From assembly GCA_034722435.1 (NCBI GenBank), contig JAYENX010000039.1, forward strand, positions 1 through 33,306: 33,306 nucleotides of DNA. The letters run 5' to 3'. Under the pieces are notes generated by a model, which searched no databases, was not told the DNA's origin, and saw nothing but the letters and a program-made list of their open reading frames with translations. Origin of the DNA: Nanobdellota archaeon (GTDB lineage Archaea > Nanobdellota > Nanobdellia > Woesearchaeales > JAHWHD01). The translations under genes were made by a program, and so were the position numbers. How positions within the stretch are numbered: the stretch's first letter is position 1; every line of letters starts with the position of its first letter. Positions 9,939-19,016 of the stretch are shown here, in pieces.

Positions 9939-11093
9939 ATGGTTAGAGAGATTTCTGAAAGGGAGAGAGAACTACCTGATGCTGTAATAGGTAAACTTCT
10001 TAAGATTGCGCATGAAGATAAAAGTATTATTTCTTTAGGACCTGGTGAGCCTGATTTTCCGTTACCTAAACCGCTTGTTGCAGAGATTAAAAGGTTGGCT
10101 GATAAAGTTAATCATTATGCTCCACCTGGCGGTAGAAGTGATTTTAAAGAATCTATAATTAAGAAATTAAAACGGGATAATAAGATTAAGGCAAAGCCTG
10201 AAAATATAATTGTTACTTGTGGGAGTCAGGAAGCGCTTGCATTAGCGACTGCTTGTACTTTGGATGTTTCTGAGCAAATCATTATCCCTAATCCTGCTTT
10301 CATGGGTTTTCTTCCAACATTTGAATTGTTTAATGCGGTGCCTCGATTTGTTGAGTTGAAGGAAGAAAATGATTTTGTTTTTGATCCTGATGAAATTAAA
10401 AAGCAGATTGATAGAAAAAAAACTAATGTTTTGTTAATTAATTCGCCTGCTAATCCCACTGGTACTGTTTTATCTAAGAAATTACTCGAAGAGATTGCAG
10501 ATCTTGCAGTAGAGTATAATTTTTATATATTTTCAGATGAGGCTTATGAAAAGATTCTTTATGATGGTGCTAAACATGTTTCTCCTGGATCTTTGAATGG
10601 GATGGAACCTTATGTTTTGACTTTTCATAGTTTTTCAAAAACTTATGCTATGTGCGGGTTTAGGTTAGGGTATTGCGTAGGGCCTGAAGATGTTGTAGAA
10701 GCAATGACTAAGACGCACATTTATACGACTATTTCGGCACCTAATATTTCACAGATGTTAGGGATTAAAGCTTTATCTTTATCTTCGAAGTATACGGATG
10801 CAATGGTTAAAGAGTATGATAGAAGAAGAAAATTAATAGTGAAAAGATTGAATGAGTTAAATCTTCATGTTAAAAAACCAAAGGGTGCTTTTTATGCTTT
10901 TGCAAATATTAAAGATTATTCTAATAATTCAAGATTTTTTGCTGATAAACTGTTAAAGAAAGCTAAAGTTGCCGTTGTTCCTGGTACTGATTTTGGGAAA
11001 ATGGGTGAAGGTTATATTAGATGTTCGTATGCAACTGATTATAAGTTGATTGGTAAGGCCATGGATAGGGTTGAAAAGTTTTTAAAAAAATAA
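9939..11093 (+). CDS. Class I/II PLP aminotransferase (aspartate/aromatic AT-like)
   Basis: GEPDF, NSPANPTG, SDEAYE, SFSKTYAMCGFRLG; GAGGT RBS. Confidence 0.95.
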   Translation: MVREISERERELPDAVIGKLLKIAHEDKSIISLGPGEPDFPLPKPLVAEIKRLADKVNHYAPPGGRSDFKESIIKKLKRDNKIKAKPENIIVTCGSQEALALATACTLDVSEQIIIPNPAFMGFLPTFELFNAVPRFVELKEENDFVFDPDEIKKQIDRKKTNVLLINSPANPTGTVLSKKLLEEIADLAVEYNFYIFSDEAYEKILYDGAKHVSPGSLNGMEPYVLTFHSFSKTYAMCGFRLGYCVGPEDVVEAMTKTHIYTTISAPNISQMLGIKALSLSSKYTDAMVKEYDRRRKLIVKRLNELNLHVKKPKGAFYAFANIKDYSNNSRFFADKLLKKAKVAVVPGTDFGKMGEGYIRCSYATDYKLIGKAMDRVEKFLKK

Positions 11094-11140
11094 GTAATTC
11101 TGTGAAAGTTTTATAAATCTCTTCTACTTATATACAGAAA

Positions 11141-12043
11141 ATGAGGAAAATATTAATTTTTTCGTTTATTTTATTGTTTTTGTGTAGTTTTGTTTCTGCT
11201 TTAGATGTAGATTATGATTTTAATGTTGTTGGAAATAAGCTTGTGGTCGAGAGAAGTTTGATTTTTGATGAAGCGGTTACTGGAAATTATTCATTCAGTA
11301 TTCCTAAAGATGCGAGTAGTGTTTCAGTTTATGTTGATAATGAGTTAGTTGATGTGCTTGATACTGTTGTTCTTGATAATAATAATTTAGTTAAAATAAG
11401 TTATGTGACAAAAGAGTTTCTTGATGAGAATAATTTTGTTTTTGATTTTGATGCGGATTATAATATTGATAATCTTAAGATTGTGTTAGTATTACCTGAA
11501 GGTGCATCTTTGAAAACGCCTATTAAGATGAGAAGGTCAAGTTCAATTTTTCCTGATGCTGATGTTGTAACTTCTGATGGTGTAAGTATTGTTTTAGAAT
11601 GGGATTATGAAGATGTTAAGAAAGGTGACAATCATAGTTTCTTTGTTAGGTTTAAGAAATCTGCTAATTATAATTTAGTTCTTATAATGTTACTTTTGGT
11701 TTTAGTTGTTTTTCTTGTTGTCAAGTTTATAGTTTTTGGAAAAAAAGTTCCTTTGATAAAAACTGAAGAATCTAAACAACAAATTCAACAAGTTCAACAA
11801 CTTCCCGAGGGTGTTCCTGTTGTTCCAGTTACTGGATTTGAAGGACATTTAAAGACTGCGGAAGAGCAAGTGGTTAATCTTTTGAAATTAAAAGAGGGTG
11901 CTTGTGAACAGGGTACTTTGAGAGTTGCTACAGGTTTTTCAAAAGCGACGTTATCTCGCTTATTAAAGGAATTAGAGGATAGAAAAGTTATCTATAAAGA
12001 GAAACGGGGCAAGAAAAACCTGGTATTTCTAAGAAAACATTGA
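11141..12043 (+). CDS. Membrane-anchored winged-HTH regulator (signal peptide, extracellular beta domain, TM, C-terminal MarR-like HTH; COG2512-like)
   Basis: N-terminal signal sequence, TM NLVLIMLLLVLVVFLVVKFIVF, C-terminal EQGTLRVATGFSKATLSRLLKELEDRKVIYKEKRGKKNLV. Confidence 0.85.
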   Translation: MRKILIFSFILLFLCSFVSALDVDYDFNVVGNKLVVERSLIFDEAVTGNYSFSIPKDASSVSVYVDNELVDVLDTVVLDNNNLVKISYVTKEFLDENNFVFDFDADYNIDNLKIVLVLPEGASLKTPIKMRRSSSIFPDADVVTSDGVSIVLEWDYEDVKKGDNHSFFVRFKKSANYNLVLIMLLLVLVVFLVVKFIVFGKKVPLIKTEESKQQIQQVQQLPEGVPVVPVTGFEGHLKTAEEQVVNLLKLKEGACEQGTLRVATGFSKATLSRLLKELEDRKVIYKEKRGKKNLVFLRKH

Positions 12044-12045
12044 TT

Positions 12046-12059
12046 GAACAATTTGGAAC
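12046..12059 (+). promoter_or_regulatory. GAACAATTTGGAAC direct-repeat motif, copy 1
   Basis: Identical 14-mer at 12452-12465; inverted partial copy TGGAACAAT at 12101-12109. Confidence 0.5.
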
Positions 12060-12172
12060 TATTTAGTACGTATTTCTTTACAATCTTTTGATTTTTATCC
12101 ATTGTTCCAGTAACAACAACTAACTTTCTACTAGTCTTACTAGGATATGGTGTGAAAGCCGGAGGTAAGAAA

Positions 12173-12361
12173 ATGTACGGAATAATTAAACAATATCTGA
12201 TTGAACCTTTCGCTCGTACTCTATTTGGAGATTATGAATCACAAGAGAACAAGTTAGTAGGGGATCTCATAGTTAACAGGAGAATACTCGATTATGTTAA
12301 TCCTGGAAAAACTTCTATAGATGAGATTTGTTGGAACGAGTTAAGGAGAGAAGCGGGATAA
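12173..12361 (+). CDS. Small hypothetical protein (62 aa)
   Basis: GGAGGT RBS at 12161-12166, 6 nt before ATG 12173 (preferred over GTG 12152); followed by hairpin and T-run. Confidence 0.65.
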   Translation: MYGIIKQYLIEPFARTLFGDYESQENKLVGDLIVNRRILDYVNPGKTSIDEICWNELRREAG

Positions 12362-12410
12362 AACGCCCCCTTTCAGTTTTAAACTGAATTATCCTGCTTT
12401 TTTTCTTTTT
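12351..12410 (+). terminator. Hairpin plus T-tract, probable terminator
   Basis: AAGCGGGATAA/TTATCCTGCTT 11-bp stem enclosing the TTCAGTTT-T-AAACTGAA palindrome, followed by T runs. Confidence 0.55.
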
Positions 12411-12445
12411 TAAGGTTGTTTTGTTGTTTAAATCCTTTTAAACTT

Positions 12446-12465
12446 AATTTGGAACAATTTGGAAC
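12446..12465 (+). promoter_or_regulatory. Tandem AATTTGGAAC x2 immediately downstream of a TTTTAAAC TATA-like box
   Basis: Two perfect 10-bp direct repeats upstream of the DUF5667-like gene. Confidence 0.55.
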
Positions 12466-12610
12466 GATAAGAAGGGTGATGATGCGTGAATATTCGGATA
12501 AAACCTATAGTTGCACAGACAATAACTAAGTAATTGTTTAACTATACAACTAATTGTGGCAGAAGTGTTAATCATGTTAAAACTAATTAAACCAATGGAG
12601 GTAAACTAAA

Positions 12611-13864
12611 ATGAAAAAAATATTTGCAATTGTTGTGCTAATGTTGATGGTGTTAAGTGTAGCATCGTTTGCAATGGCAGTAGAAAATGAAACAGTAGAA
12701 GATACTGTGTCTGATGATACGGTAACTGGGGATACAGGTGCGGAAGATTCAGTTGAAGATACTGATGAAACTGCGGATGAAGGAACTGAAGATGAAGACG
12801 CTACAGAAGATGAAGCAGAAGAAACAGAAGACGAACAAGAAGATGAATCTGCTGAAGACGATGTAGAAGAAACAGAAGATGAACAAGAAGATGAATCTGT
12901 TGAAGAAGATGTAGTTGAAGATGAGACTACTGAAGATGAAGCAGAGGAAACGGAAGACGAACAAGAAGAAGTTCTTGAAGAAGATTCCGGTATAGAACTT
13001 ACTGAAGAAGACGAAGAAGCAGCAGGAGTTACACCTGATAGTGCTTTGTATGGTCTTGAGAGAGCTATGGAAAGAGTTAGTTTAGCGTTTACATTTGGTA
13101 AATCAGCTAAAGCTAAGAAAGGTCTTGCTCATGCTCAGGAAAGATTAGCTGAAGTTAAAGCTATGATTGCCGAGAAGAAGATGGACAAAGCTCAAAAAGC
13201 TCAAGAACTTTATGATGAAACTGTAGAAGAAGTTTCTGAGATTGTTGAAGAGATTGGTAATGGCGATGCAGAAGCGGATTTAGAAGATCAGTTAGAGATT
13301 GAAGAAGCTCTTGAAGAAAATCAAGAAATGGTTCAAGAACTTAATCAGTTAAAGCTTAAAGTTAAAGGTCTTGATGAAGAACAAAAAACTCAATTACAGA
13401 ACATGCTTCAAAGTATGGAAGGAGTTAATTCTAAATTTGAAGTTAAGGTTGAGGCTAAGAAGAACAAAACCAAAATTAAGATAAAAGCTGAGAAAGGAGC
13501 TACAGATGAAGAAATTGAAGCTCTCGAAGGTGCTCTTAAACAAGGTAGAGAACTTTCTGAAGTAAGAATTGTTAAGAAAGGATCAGGAGTTGTTAAACAA
13601 GAGGAAGCGAAGAATGAGGTCAAAGTAAAGAAAGGCCAATCTTCAGATGATGACGAGGAAGAAATTGAAATTGAGATTGAAGAAGAGGATGAAGAAGAAC
13701 TTGATGGAGATGAAACCGAGTTAGAAGATGAAGATGATGAAGACGATTCTTCAAAAGGAAAAGGTAATGACAAAAAAACTAGTGATGACGATGAAGACGA
13801 AGATGAAAGTGAAGACGAATTAGAAGAAGAAAGCGCTGATGATAGTGTAGAGGATGACTCCTAG
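12611..13864 (+). CDS. Secreted acidic protein with DUF5667-like helical domain
   Basis: Signal peptide; GVTPDSALYGLERAMERVSLAFTF...AQERLAEV pattern; D/E-rich tracts both sides; GGAGGT RBS. Confidence 0.8.
   Translation: MKKIFAIVVLMLMVLSVASFAMAVENETVEDTVSDDTVTGDTGAEDSVEDTDETADEGTEDEDATEDEAEETEDEQEDESAEDDVEETEDEQEDESVEEDVVEDETTEDEAEETEDEQEEVLEEDSGIELTEEDEEAAGVTPDSALYGLERAMERVSLAFTFGKSAKAKKGLAHAQERLAEVKAMIAEKKMDKAQKAQELYDETVEEVSEIVEEIGNGDAEADLEDQLEIEEALEENQEMVQELNQLKLKVKGLDEEQKTQLQNMLQSMEGVNSKFEVKVEAKKNKTKIKIKAEKGATDEEIEALEGALKQGRELSEVRIVKKGSGVVKQEEAKNEVKVKKGQSSDDDEEEIEIEIEEEDEEELDGDETELEDEDDEDDSSKGKGNDKKTSDDDEDEDESEDELEEESADDSVEDDS
12805..12975 (+). repeat. Imperfect tandem repeats encoding EETEDEQEDES-type acidic units
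   Basis: GAAGAAACAGAAGA(C/T)GAACAAGAAGATGAATCTG occurs twice at 45-nt spacing plus a third degenerate copy. Confidence 0.7.
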
Positions 13865-13979
13865 ATTTATTTAATTTTTTATTTTTTTTATTTTTTAAAT
13901 TTCTTATTTTGATTGGTAATTTTTAATATTTTCATAACATTTATATATTCAAGATTTCTTAACTTTTATTAAAAAGAGA

Positions 13980-14504
13980 ATGATAGAAATAAGACTTCAT
14001 GGGAGAGGCGGGCAAGGAGTTAAAAAAAGTTCGATGATACTCGGTAGAGCGGGTTTTCTTGCAGGCTATTATGTACAAGATTTTGCGTTATACGGTGCTG
14101 AGCGTAAAGGTGCGCCATTGACAAGTTTTGTTAGAATTTCTAAAAAACCTATTCAGACAAGAGGACACATTCTTCATCCTGATTATATAATTTTATTAGA
14201 TGATGCTCTTGATTTAAAGAGTGATCTTGCTGGTATGAAATCTAATACTCAAGTGTTAATAAATACGAATAAAGAGTTTAAAAAATTTAAAATGCATAAA
14301 GTTGATGCGACCAATATTTCTCTTAAGTGTACTGGGAAAGCGATAGCTAATGTTGCAATGTTGGGAGCTTTTGCTAAGATTAGTAAACTTTTTACAGTTT
14401 CGCAGATTGAAAAAGCTGTTAGAATTGAACTGGCAAAATATCCTAAAGAAATAATTGATAAGAATGTTAAAGCTGCTAAGGAGGCTTTTGATAACGTAAA
14501 ATGA
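13980..14504 (+). CDS. porG: 2-oxoacid (pyruvate-type):ferredoxin oxidoreductase gamma subunit
   Basis: EIRLHGRGGQG, YGAERKGAP, NVAMLGA. Confidence 0.93.
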   Translation: MIEIRLHGRGGQGVKKSSMILGRAGFLAGYYVQDFALYGAERKGAPLTSFVRISKKPIQTRGHILHPDYIILLDDALDLKSDLAGMKSNTQVLINTNKEFKKFKMHKVDATNISLKCTGKAIANVAMLGAFAKISKLFTVSQIEKAVRIELAKYPKEIIDKNVKAAKEAFDNVK

Positions 14505-14782
14505 AATCTGAGAAAGATATTAAAAATTTAGGAAGTAAAGGCGTGCCTTATGCTGTTGTAGGTATGAAAGCAGCAGAAAGAAGTTCTTGGAGAGTGTTTA
14601 AGCCTGTGATTGATTATAATAAATGTATTAAATGTCATCAGTGTTGGCTTTTTTGTCCTGATGTTGCATACACTATTGATAAAAAAGGGTATACTCATGC
14701 AAATCCTGATGTGTGTAAAGGTTGCGGGATATGTGCTAAAGAGTGTCCTGTAAAATGTATTAAAATGGAGAAAGAACAATGA
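14501..14782 (+). CDS. porD: 2-oxoacid:ferredoxin oxidoreductase delta subunit (2x[4Fe-4S])
   Basis: WRVFKPVID, CIKCHQCWLFCPD, CKGCGICAKECP. Confidence 0.93.
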   Translation: MKSEKDIKNLGSKGVPYAVVGMKAAERSSWRVFKPVIDYNKCIKCHQCWLFCPDVAYTIDKKGYTHANPDVCKGCGICAKECPVKCIKMEKEQ

Positions 14783-15918
14783 AAGATCTTTTAGATGGTA
14801 ATAAATGTGCGGCGATTGCGGCGAGGCTTGCACATGTAAAGGCTGTTCCGTGTTTTCCTATTACTCCTCAAACTGAAATAATTGAAACTATACAGAAATG
14901 GAAAGCTAATGGAGAGTTTAAGGGTGAGTTCACACAGCTTGAGAGTGAACATTCTGTTATGTCTGCGGCTATAGGTGCTGCAATGACTGGTGCTAGAACT
15001 TTTACTGCAACATCTTCGCAAGGGCTTTTACTTATGCATGAAATGTTGCCTATAGCTTCAGGTACGAGGACTCCTATGGTGATGGTCAATGTATCTCGAG
15101 GTTTAAGCGCTCCAATTACTTTGTGGCCTGATCATAATGATATTTTAGCAATGCGCGATTCTGGATGGATTACTTTTATATGTGAAACTAATCAAGAAGT
15201 TCTTGATTCAATTATTATAGGGTATAAAGTAGGGGAAAATCCTAAGATTGCTCTTCCTGTTTTAGTAAACATGGATGGTTTTATACATTCTTATACTAGA
15301 GAAATTGTTGAGGTTCCTGAACAGAAGTTGGTTGATAAGTTTTTGCCAAAGAATATGTTTCTAGAGATTAAGTTGGATGTTAAGAATCCAAAAACTTTAG
15401 GGATTCCTGTTATTGGTGAATATATGAAATATAGAGCTCAGTTACATAAAGCGATGTTAGATTCGTTTGCAGTAATTAGAAAGGCTCATGTTGAATGGAA
15501 AAAATTAACTGGTAGAAAGTATGATCTTATTGAAAGTTATAAATTAAAAGATGCAGATGTTGTAATGGTTATCATGGGTCCTAATACAACTATTGCGAGA
15601 GCGGCTGTTGATAAGATGAGAAAGAAAGGGAAGAAAGTTGGTTTGTTGAGAATAAGGTTGTACAGGCCGTTTCCTGAAAAAGAGATAAGGAAAGCTTTAG
15701 AAGGTTTTAAAAAAATAATTGTAGCGGATCAAAGTATTTGTCCTGGAATGTCTGGTATTTTGTATCCTGAAATTAAGATGGCGCTTTATGGAACTAAGGT
15801 TAAAATTTCTAATTTTATAATTGGTTTAGGTGGTGCAGTGTTAACTGACGATTCTTTTGTTGAAATATTTGATGATGTATTTAAATCTAAAGAGGAAGTA
15901 AGAAAATGGTTGATGTAA
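14779..15918 (+). CDS. porA: 2-oxoacid:ferredoxin oxidoreductase alpha subunit
   Basis: FPITPQT, ESEHS, TATSSQGL, RLYRPFP. Confidence 0.93.
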   Translation: MKDLLDGNKCAAIAARLAHVKAVPCFPITPQTEIIETIQKWKANGEFKGEFTQLESEHSVMSAAIGAAMTGARTFTATSSQGLLLMHEMLPIASGTRTPMVMVNVSRGLSAPITLWPDHNDILAMRDSGWITFICETNQEVLDSIIIGYKVGENPKIALPVLVNMDGFIHSYTREIVEVPEQKLVDKFLPKNMFLEIKLDVKNPKTLGIPVIGEYMKYRAQLHKAMLDSFAVIRKAHVEWKKLTGRKYDLIESYKLKDADVVMVIMGPNTTIARAAVDKMRKKGKKVGLLRIRLYRPFPEKEIRKALEGFKKIIVADQSICPGMSGILYPEIKMALYGTKVKISNFIIGLGGAVLTDDSFVEIFDDVFKSKEEVRKWLM

Positions 15919-16835
15919 AAGTTAATCTAAAAGGACAAATGTTAAATGTTTCTAAAGATAATCTTCTTACAGGGGGGACTTTTGCATGTTCTGGTTGTGG
16001 TCCTATACTTGGAACTAAATTAGCACTTAAAGCTCTGGGTAAGAATACTATTATGGTTAATCCTGCTGGGTGTATGACTCTTACAGCTACTTGGCCGTTT
16101 ACTCCTTACAAAGTTCCTTGGGTACATTCTGCTATAGAGAATGCTGCTTCAACAGCTTCGGGAATTTTGATGGGATTAAAGGCGCAAGGGCTTGATAAGA
16201 ATACTAATGTGTTGTGTTATGCGGGAGATGGAGCTTCTTATGATATAGGGTTTCAATCTTTATCTGCAATGACATATCGAAAAGAGAAAATAATTTATGT
16301 TTGTTATAATAATTCTTCATTTGCAAATACTGGTTTTCAGAGAACTGCTGCTACTCCTCTTGGTGCGCGTACTAAAACTTCTGAGCCAGGAAAGGTTTGC
16401 AGTTTGGGTAATGTTTTGCCTAGAAAAAATATGAGCAAAATGCTTGCAATGAGTCATTGTGATTATGTTGCGACCGCTTGTGTAGCGTTTCCTAAAGATT
16501 TTATGGATAAATTGAAGAAAGCTGCTTCAATAGATGGGCCTTCTTTTATTGATCTTTTATGTCCTTGTATACCTGGATGGTTAATGAAAGAAAGTGATAC
16601 TATAGAGGTTGGAAGGTTAATGATTGAGACAGGAATCTGGCCTTTATATGAAATATTACATAAAAAATTTACATTATCTCATAAACCTAAAATGTTGCCA
16701 GTTGAGAAAGCTTTGGAAAAGCAAGGCAGGTTTAAACATCTTTGTAAAGAAAACTTTGTTCAGATACAGAAAATTGTATCTAAAGAATGGGATATGATTA
16801 ATGCTGGAAGGTTTTGGGAGAGTGAAGAGTACTAA
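15906..16835 (+). CDS. porB: 2-oxoacid:ferredoxin oxidoreductase beta subunit (TPP-binding)
   Basis: ACSGCG, GCM, GDG...YNN, CPC. Confidence 0.93.
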   Translation: MVDVKVNLKGQMLNVSKDNLLTGGTFACSGCGPILGTKLALKALGKNTIMVNPAGCMTLTATWPFTPYKVPWVHSAIENAASTASGILMGLKAQGLDKNTNVLCYAGDGASYDIGFQSLSAMTYRKEKIIYVCYNNSSFANTGFQRTAATPLGARTKTSEPGKVCSLGNVLPRKNMSKMLAMSHCDYVATACVAFPKDFMDKLKKAASIDGPSFIDLLCPCIPGWLMKESDTIEVGRLMIETGIWPLYEILHKKFTLSHKPKMLPVEKALEKQGRFKHLCKENFVQIQKIVSKEWDMINAGRFWESEEY

Positions 16836-17490
16836 ATTATCCTCTATAAAGAGAGCTTGTGAAATTAATGATGTTATTTTTTCTAAATTGATATGTCAAT
16901 TTGATAATTTTAATTCTGAGCTTGAAATTGAACATTTTATTTTGTCAGAAATTCGGCAAAGAAATTTGAAACCTGCGTTTTATCCGATAATTGCGACAGG
17001 AAAGAATGCTGCGATACCTCATCATAAAGCTAATGGTTCGTGGTATCCGGGTTTTTTAGTTATGGATTTTGGAGTTAAAGTTAATGGTTTTTGTAGTGAT
17101 ATGACAAGGACTATTTTTATTGGAAAACCTGGTAAAGTGCAAAGAGAATTGTATGATGTTGTTTTAAATGCGCAGAAGAAATGTGTTGATATGGTTGAGC
17201 CAGGGATAGTGTGTAAAGATGTTGCTCATTTTAATAAAAAATTGTTGGGTAAACATTGGAAAAAGATGAAACATAAATTGGGACACGGTGTTGGGAAGAA
17301 GATTCATATACTGCCGAGGGTGTCTTTTAATTCTAAACATAAATTGAAGAAGGGCGAAGTTATTACTATTGAACCTGGAGTTTATTATAAAGGTCGATAC
17401 GGTATTAGAATTGAGGACACTTTAGTTGTTGGAGGTAGTGTTCTTACTAAATCTTCTAAGAAATTGATTGTTAAGAAGTTTAGGGGCTAG
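16801..17490 (+). CDS. M24 family peptidase (Xaa-Pro dipeptidase-like), catalytic domain only
   Basis: DFG, SDMTRT, GHGVG, TIEPGVY, GIRIEDT metal ligands; no N-terminal creatinase-like domain. Confidence 0.85.
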   Translation: MLEGFGRVKSTKLSSIKRACEINDVIFSKLICQFDNFNSELEIEHFILSEIRQRNLKPAFYPIIATGKNAAIPHHKANGSWYPGFLVMDFGVKVNGFCSDMTRTIFIGKPGKVQRELYDVVLNAQKKCVDMVEPGIVCKDVAHFNKKLLGKHWKKMKHKLGHGVGKKIHILPRVSFNSKHKLKKGEVITIEPGVYYKGRYGIRIEDTLVVGGSVLTKSSKKLIVKKFRG

Positions 17491-17538
17491 TTATTAAATT
17501 TTTAGTTTAATATTTTATTTTTTTGTAATTTTGGTTAT

Positions 17539-18897
17539 TTATTTTTTATAGAATTTAACTAGTTTACCAATAGCTTTCATTGCATTATCCGGGAATTCAA
17601 AGCAAGGTACGTTACTCTCTTCTAAACCTTTTCTAAGAACTTCTGTGAATTCTGAACCTGTTGATACTGTGATGATGGGTTTAAGTTTTAAGTTGTTGTA
17701 TTCTGCCACTATGTCTATAATGTCTGGTGTAATTAGTGGAGTTTGATATAATAATACTATGTATAAAATGTCTACGTTTTTATCTTTCATGCATGCGTCT
17801 ATGGCAATTTTATAACGTTTAGTGTCTGCATCGCCCACTAAATCCATGGGATTTTTGATAGTTACAAGCGATGGGAATTGTTTTTTTAGTTTTATTTTTG
17901 TTTTTGAAGATAGTTGTGCTGGTTCGAGTTTATATTTTGATAATGAATCTGCTGAGACTATGCCGTAACCTCCTCCATTAGTAATAATTTGAACACGTTT
18001 TCCTTTAGGTTTAATACATTTTTCTAGAACTCTTGCATAATTAAAAAGGTCTTCAAGAGTGTCGGCTTCAATTATTCCTACTTGTTTGAAAACTCCTTTA
18101 TATATTTCTGCGGATCCTGCTAAACTTCCTGTGTGTGAAAGTGTTGCTTTAGACCCTGCTTCTGTTGTACCGCCTTTGATTGTGATTATGGGTTTCTTTT
18201 TTGCAACTTTTTTGCAAACTTCTATGAATTTTTTACCATCTCTTACTCCTTCGATGTATAAACAGATTACTTTTGTATTGGGATCATTGCCGAGGTATTC
18301 AATAATGTCGGATTCTGTTACATTGATAGCGTTGCCGTAGCTGATGAATTTACTTATTCCGTATCCTTCTTTAGCTGCCAGGTCGAGAATTGCGGAACCG
18401 AGAGCTCCTGATTGTGTTACAAAACTTATAGTTCCTTGCTTTGGTCTTTTTAATCTTGACCTGGGGAGAAATAAAGAGTCTAGATTATTATGTGCATTAA
18501 ATGTGCCTATACAATTAGGTCCGATGACTTTAATTTTGTATTTGTTTAATATTTTTAAAAGTTGTTTTTTTAATTTGGTGTTACCTATTTCTTCAAAACC
18601 TGCTGTAATTATTAGAACGTCTTTAATCTTTTTTTTGCCGCATTGTTCAATAACTTTAAGCACAAACTTTGCGGGTACTGCAATAATTGCAAGTTCAATC
18701 TTTTTTTTAATATCTAGAACTGTTCTGTATGCTTTATGATTAAGAATGTTGTCTGCGTTAGGGTTTATTGGATAAACTTTTCCTTCGTAATCTGTGTCGA
18801 TGAAGTTTCTAAAAATAACGTGACCTATTTTGTTTGGTTCTTTTGATGCACCTATTACTGCGATGCTTTTTGCGTAAAAGAAATTATCTAAATTCAA
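17539..18897 (-). CDS. acdA: ADP-forming acetate/acyl-CoA ligase alpha subunit
   Basis: IAVIGAS, GPNCIG, TQSGALG, SHTGSL phospho-His, TNGGG, NPMDL; TTG start with GAGGTGA RBS. Confidence 0.93.
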   Translation of the reverse strand: MNLDNFFYAKSIAVIGASKEPNKIGHVIFRNFIDTDYEGKVYPINPNADNILNHKAYRTVLDIKKKIELAIIAVPAKFVLKVIEQCGKKKIKDVLIITAGFEEIGNTKLKKQLLKILNKYKIKVIGPNCIGTFNAHNNLDSLFLPRSRLKRPKQGTISFVTQSGALGSAILDLAAKEGYGISKFISYGNAINVTESDIIEYLGNDPNTKVICLYIEGVRDGKKFIEVCKKVAKKKPIITIKGGTTEAGSKATLSHTGSLAGSAEIYKGVFKQVGIIEADTLEDLFNYARVLEKCIKPKGKRVQIITNGGGYGIVSADSLSKYKLEPAQLSSKTKIKLKKQFPSLVTIKNPMDLVGDADTKRYKIAIDACMKDKNVDILYIVLLYQTPLITPDIIDIVAEYNNLKLKPIITVSTGSEFTEVLRKGLEESNVPCFEFPDNAMKAIGKLVKFYKK

Positions 18898-19016
18898 TAT
18901 TTCACCTCTTAATGGATTTTTAGTTTTATTAGTATTTAAATATTTTCATTTAAAAACTATTTATTTTTCTTTTAAAAAGGAAAAACTATTTATATGTGAC
19001 ATTCTTTAATAAATAT

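Noticed and set aside
12046-12465. CRISPR-like repeats
   Set aside because: Only short 10-14 bp copies with irregular spacing; no array or cas genes in the window
12476-12529. GTGATGA box C or uORF MREYSDKTYSCTDNN in the DUF5667 leader
   Set aside because: No downstream CTGA box D; RBS spacing for the uORF is poor
12749-13773. Minus-strand Phe-rich and Ser-rich ORFs
   Set aside because: Complement of the GAA/GAT repeats in the acidic protein
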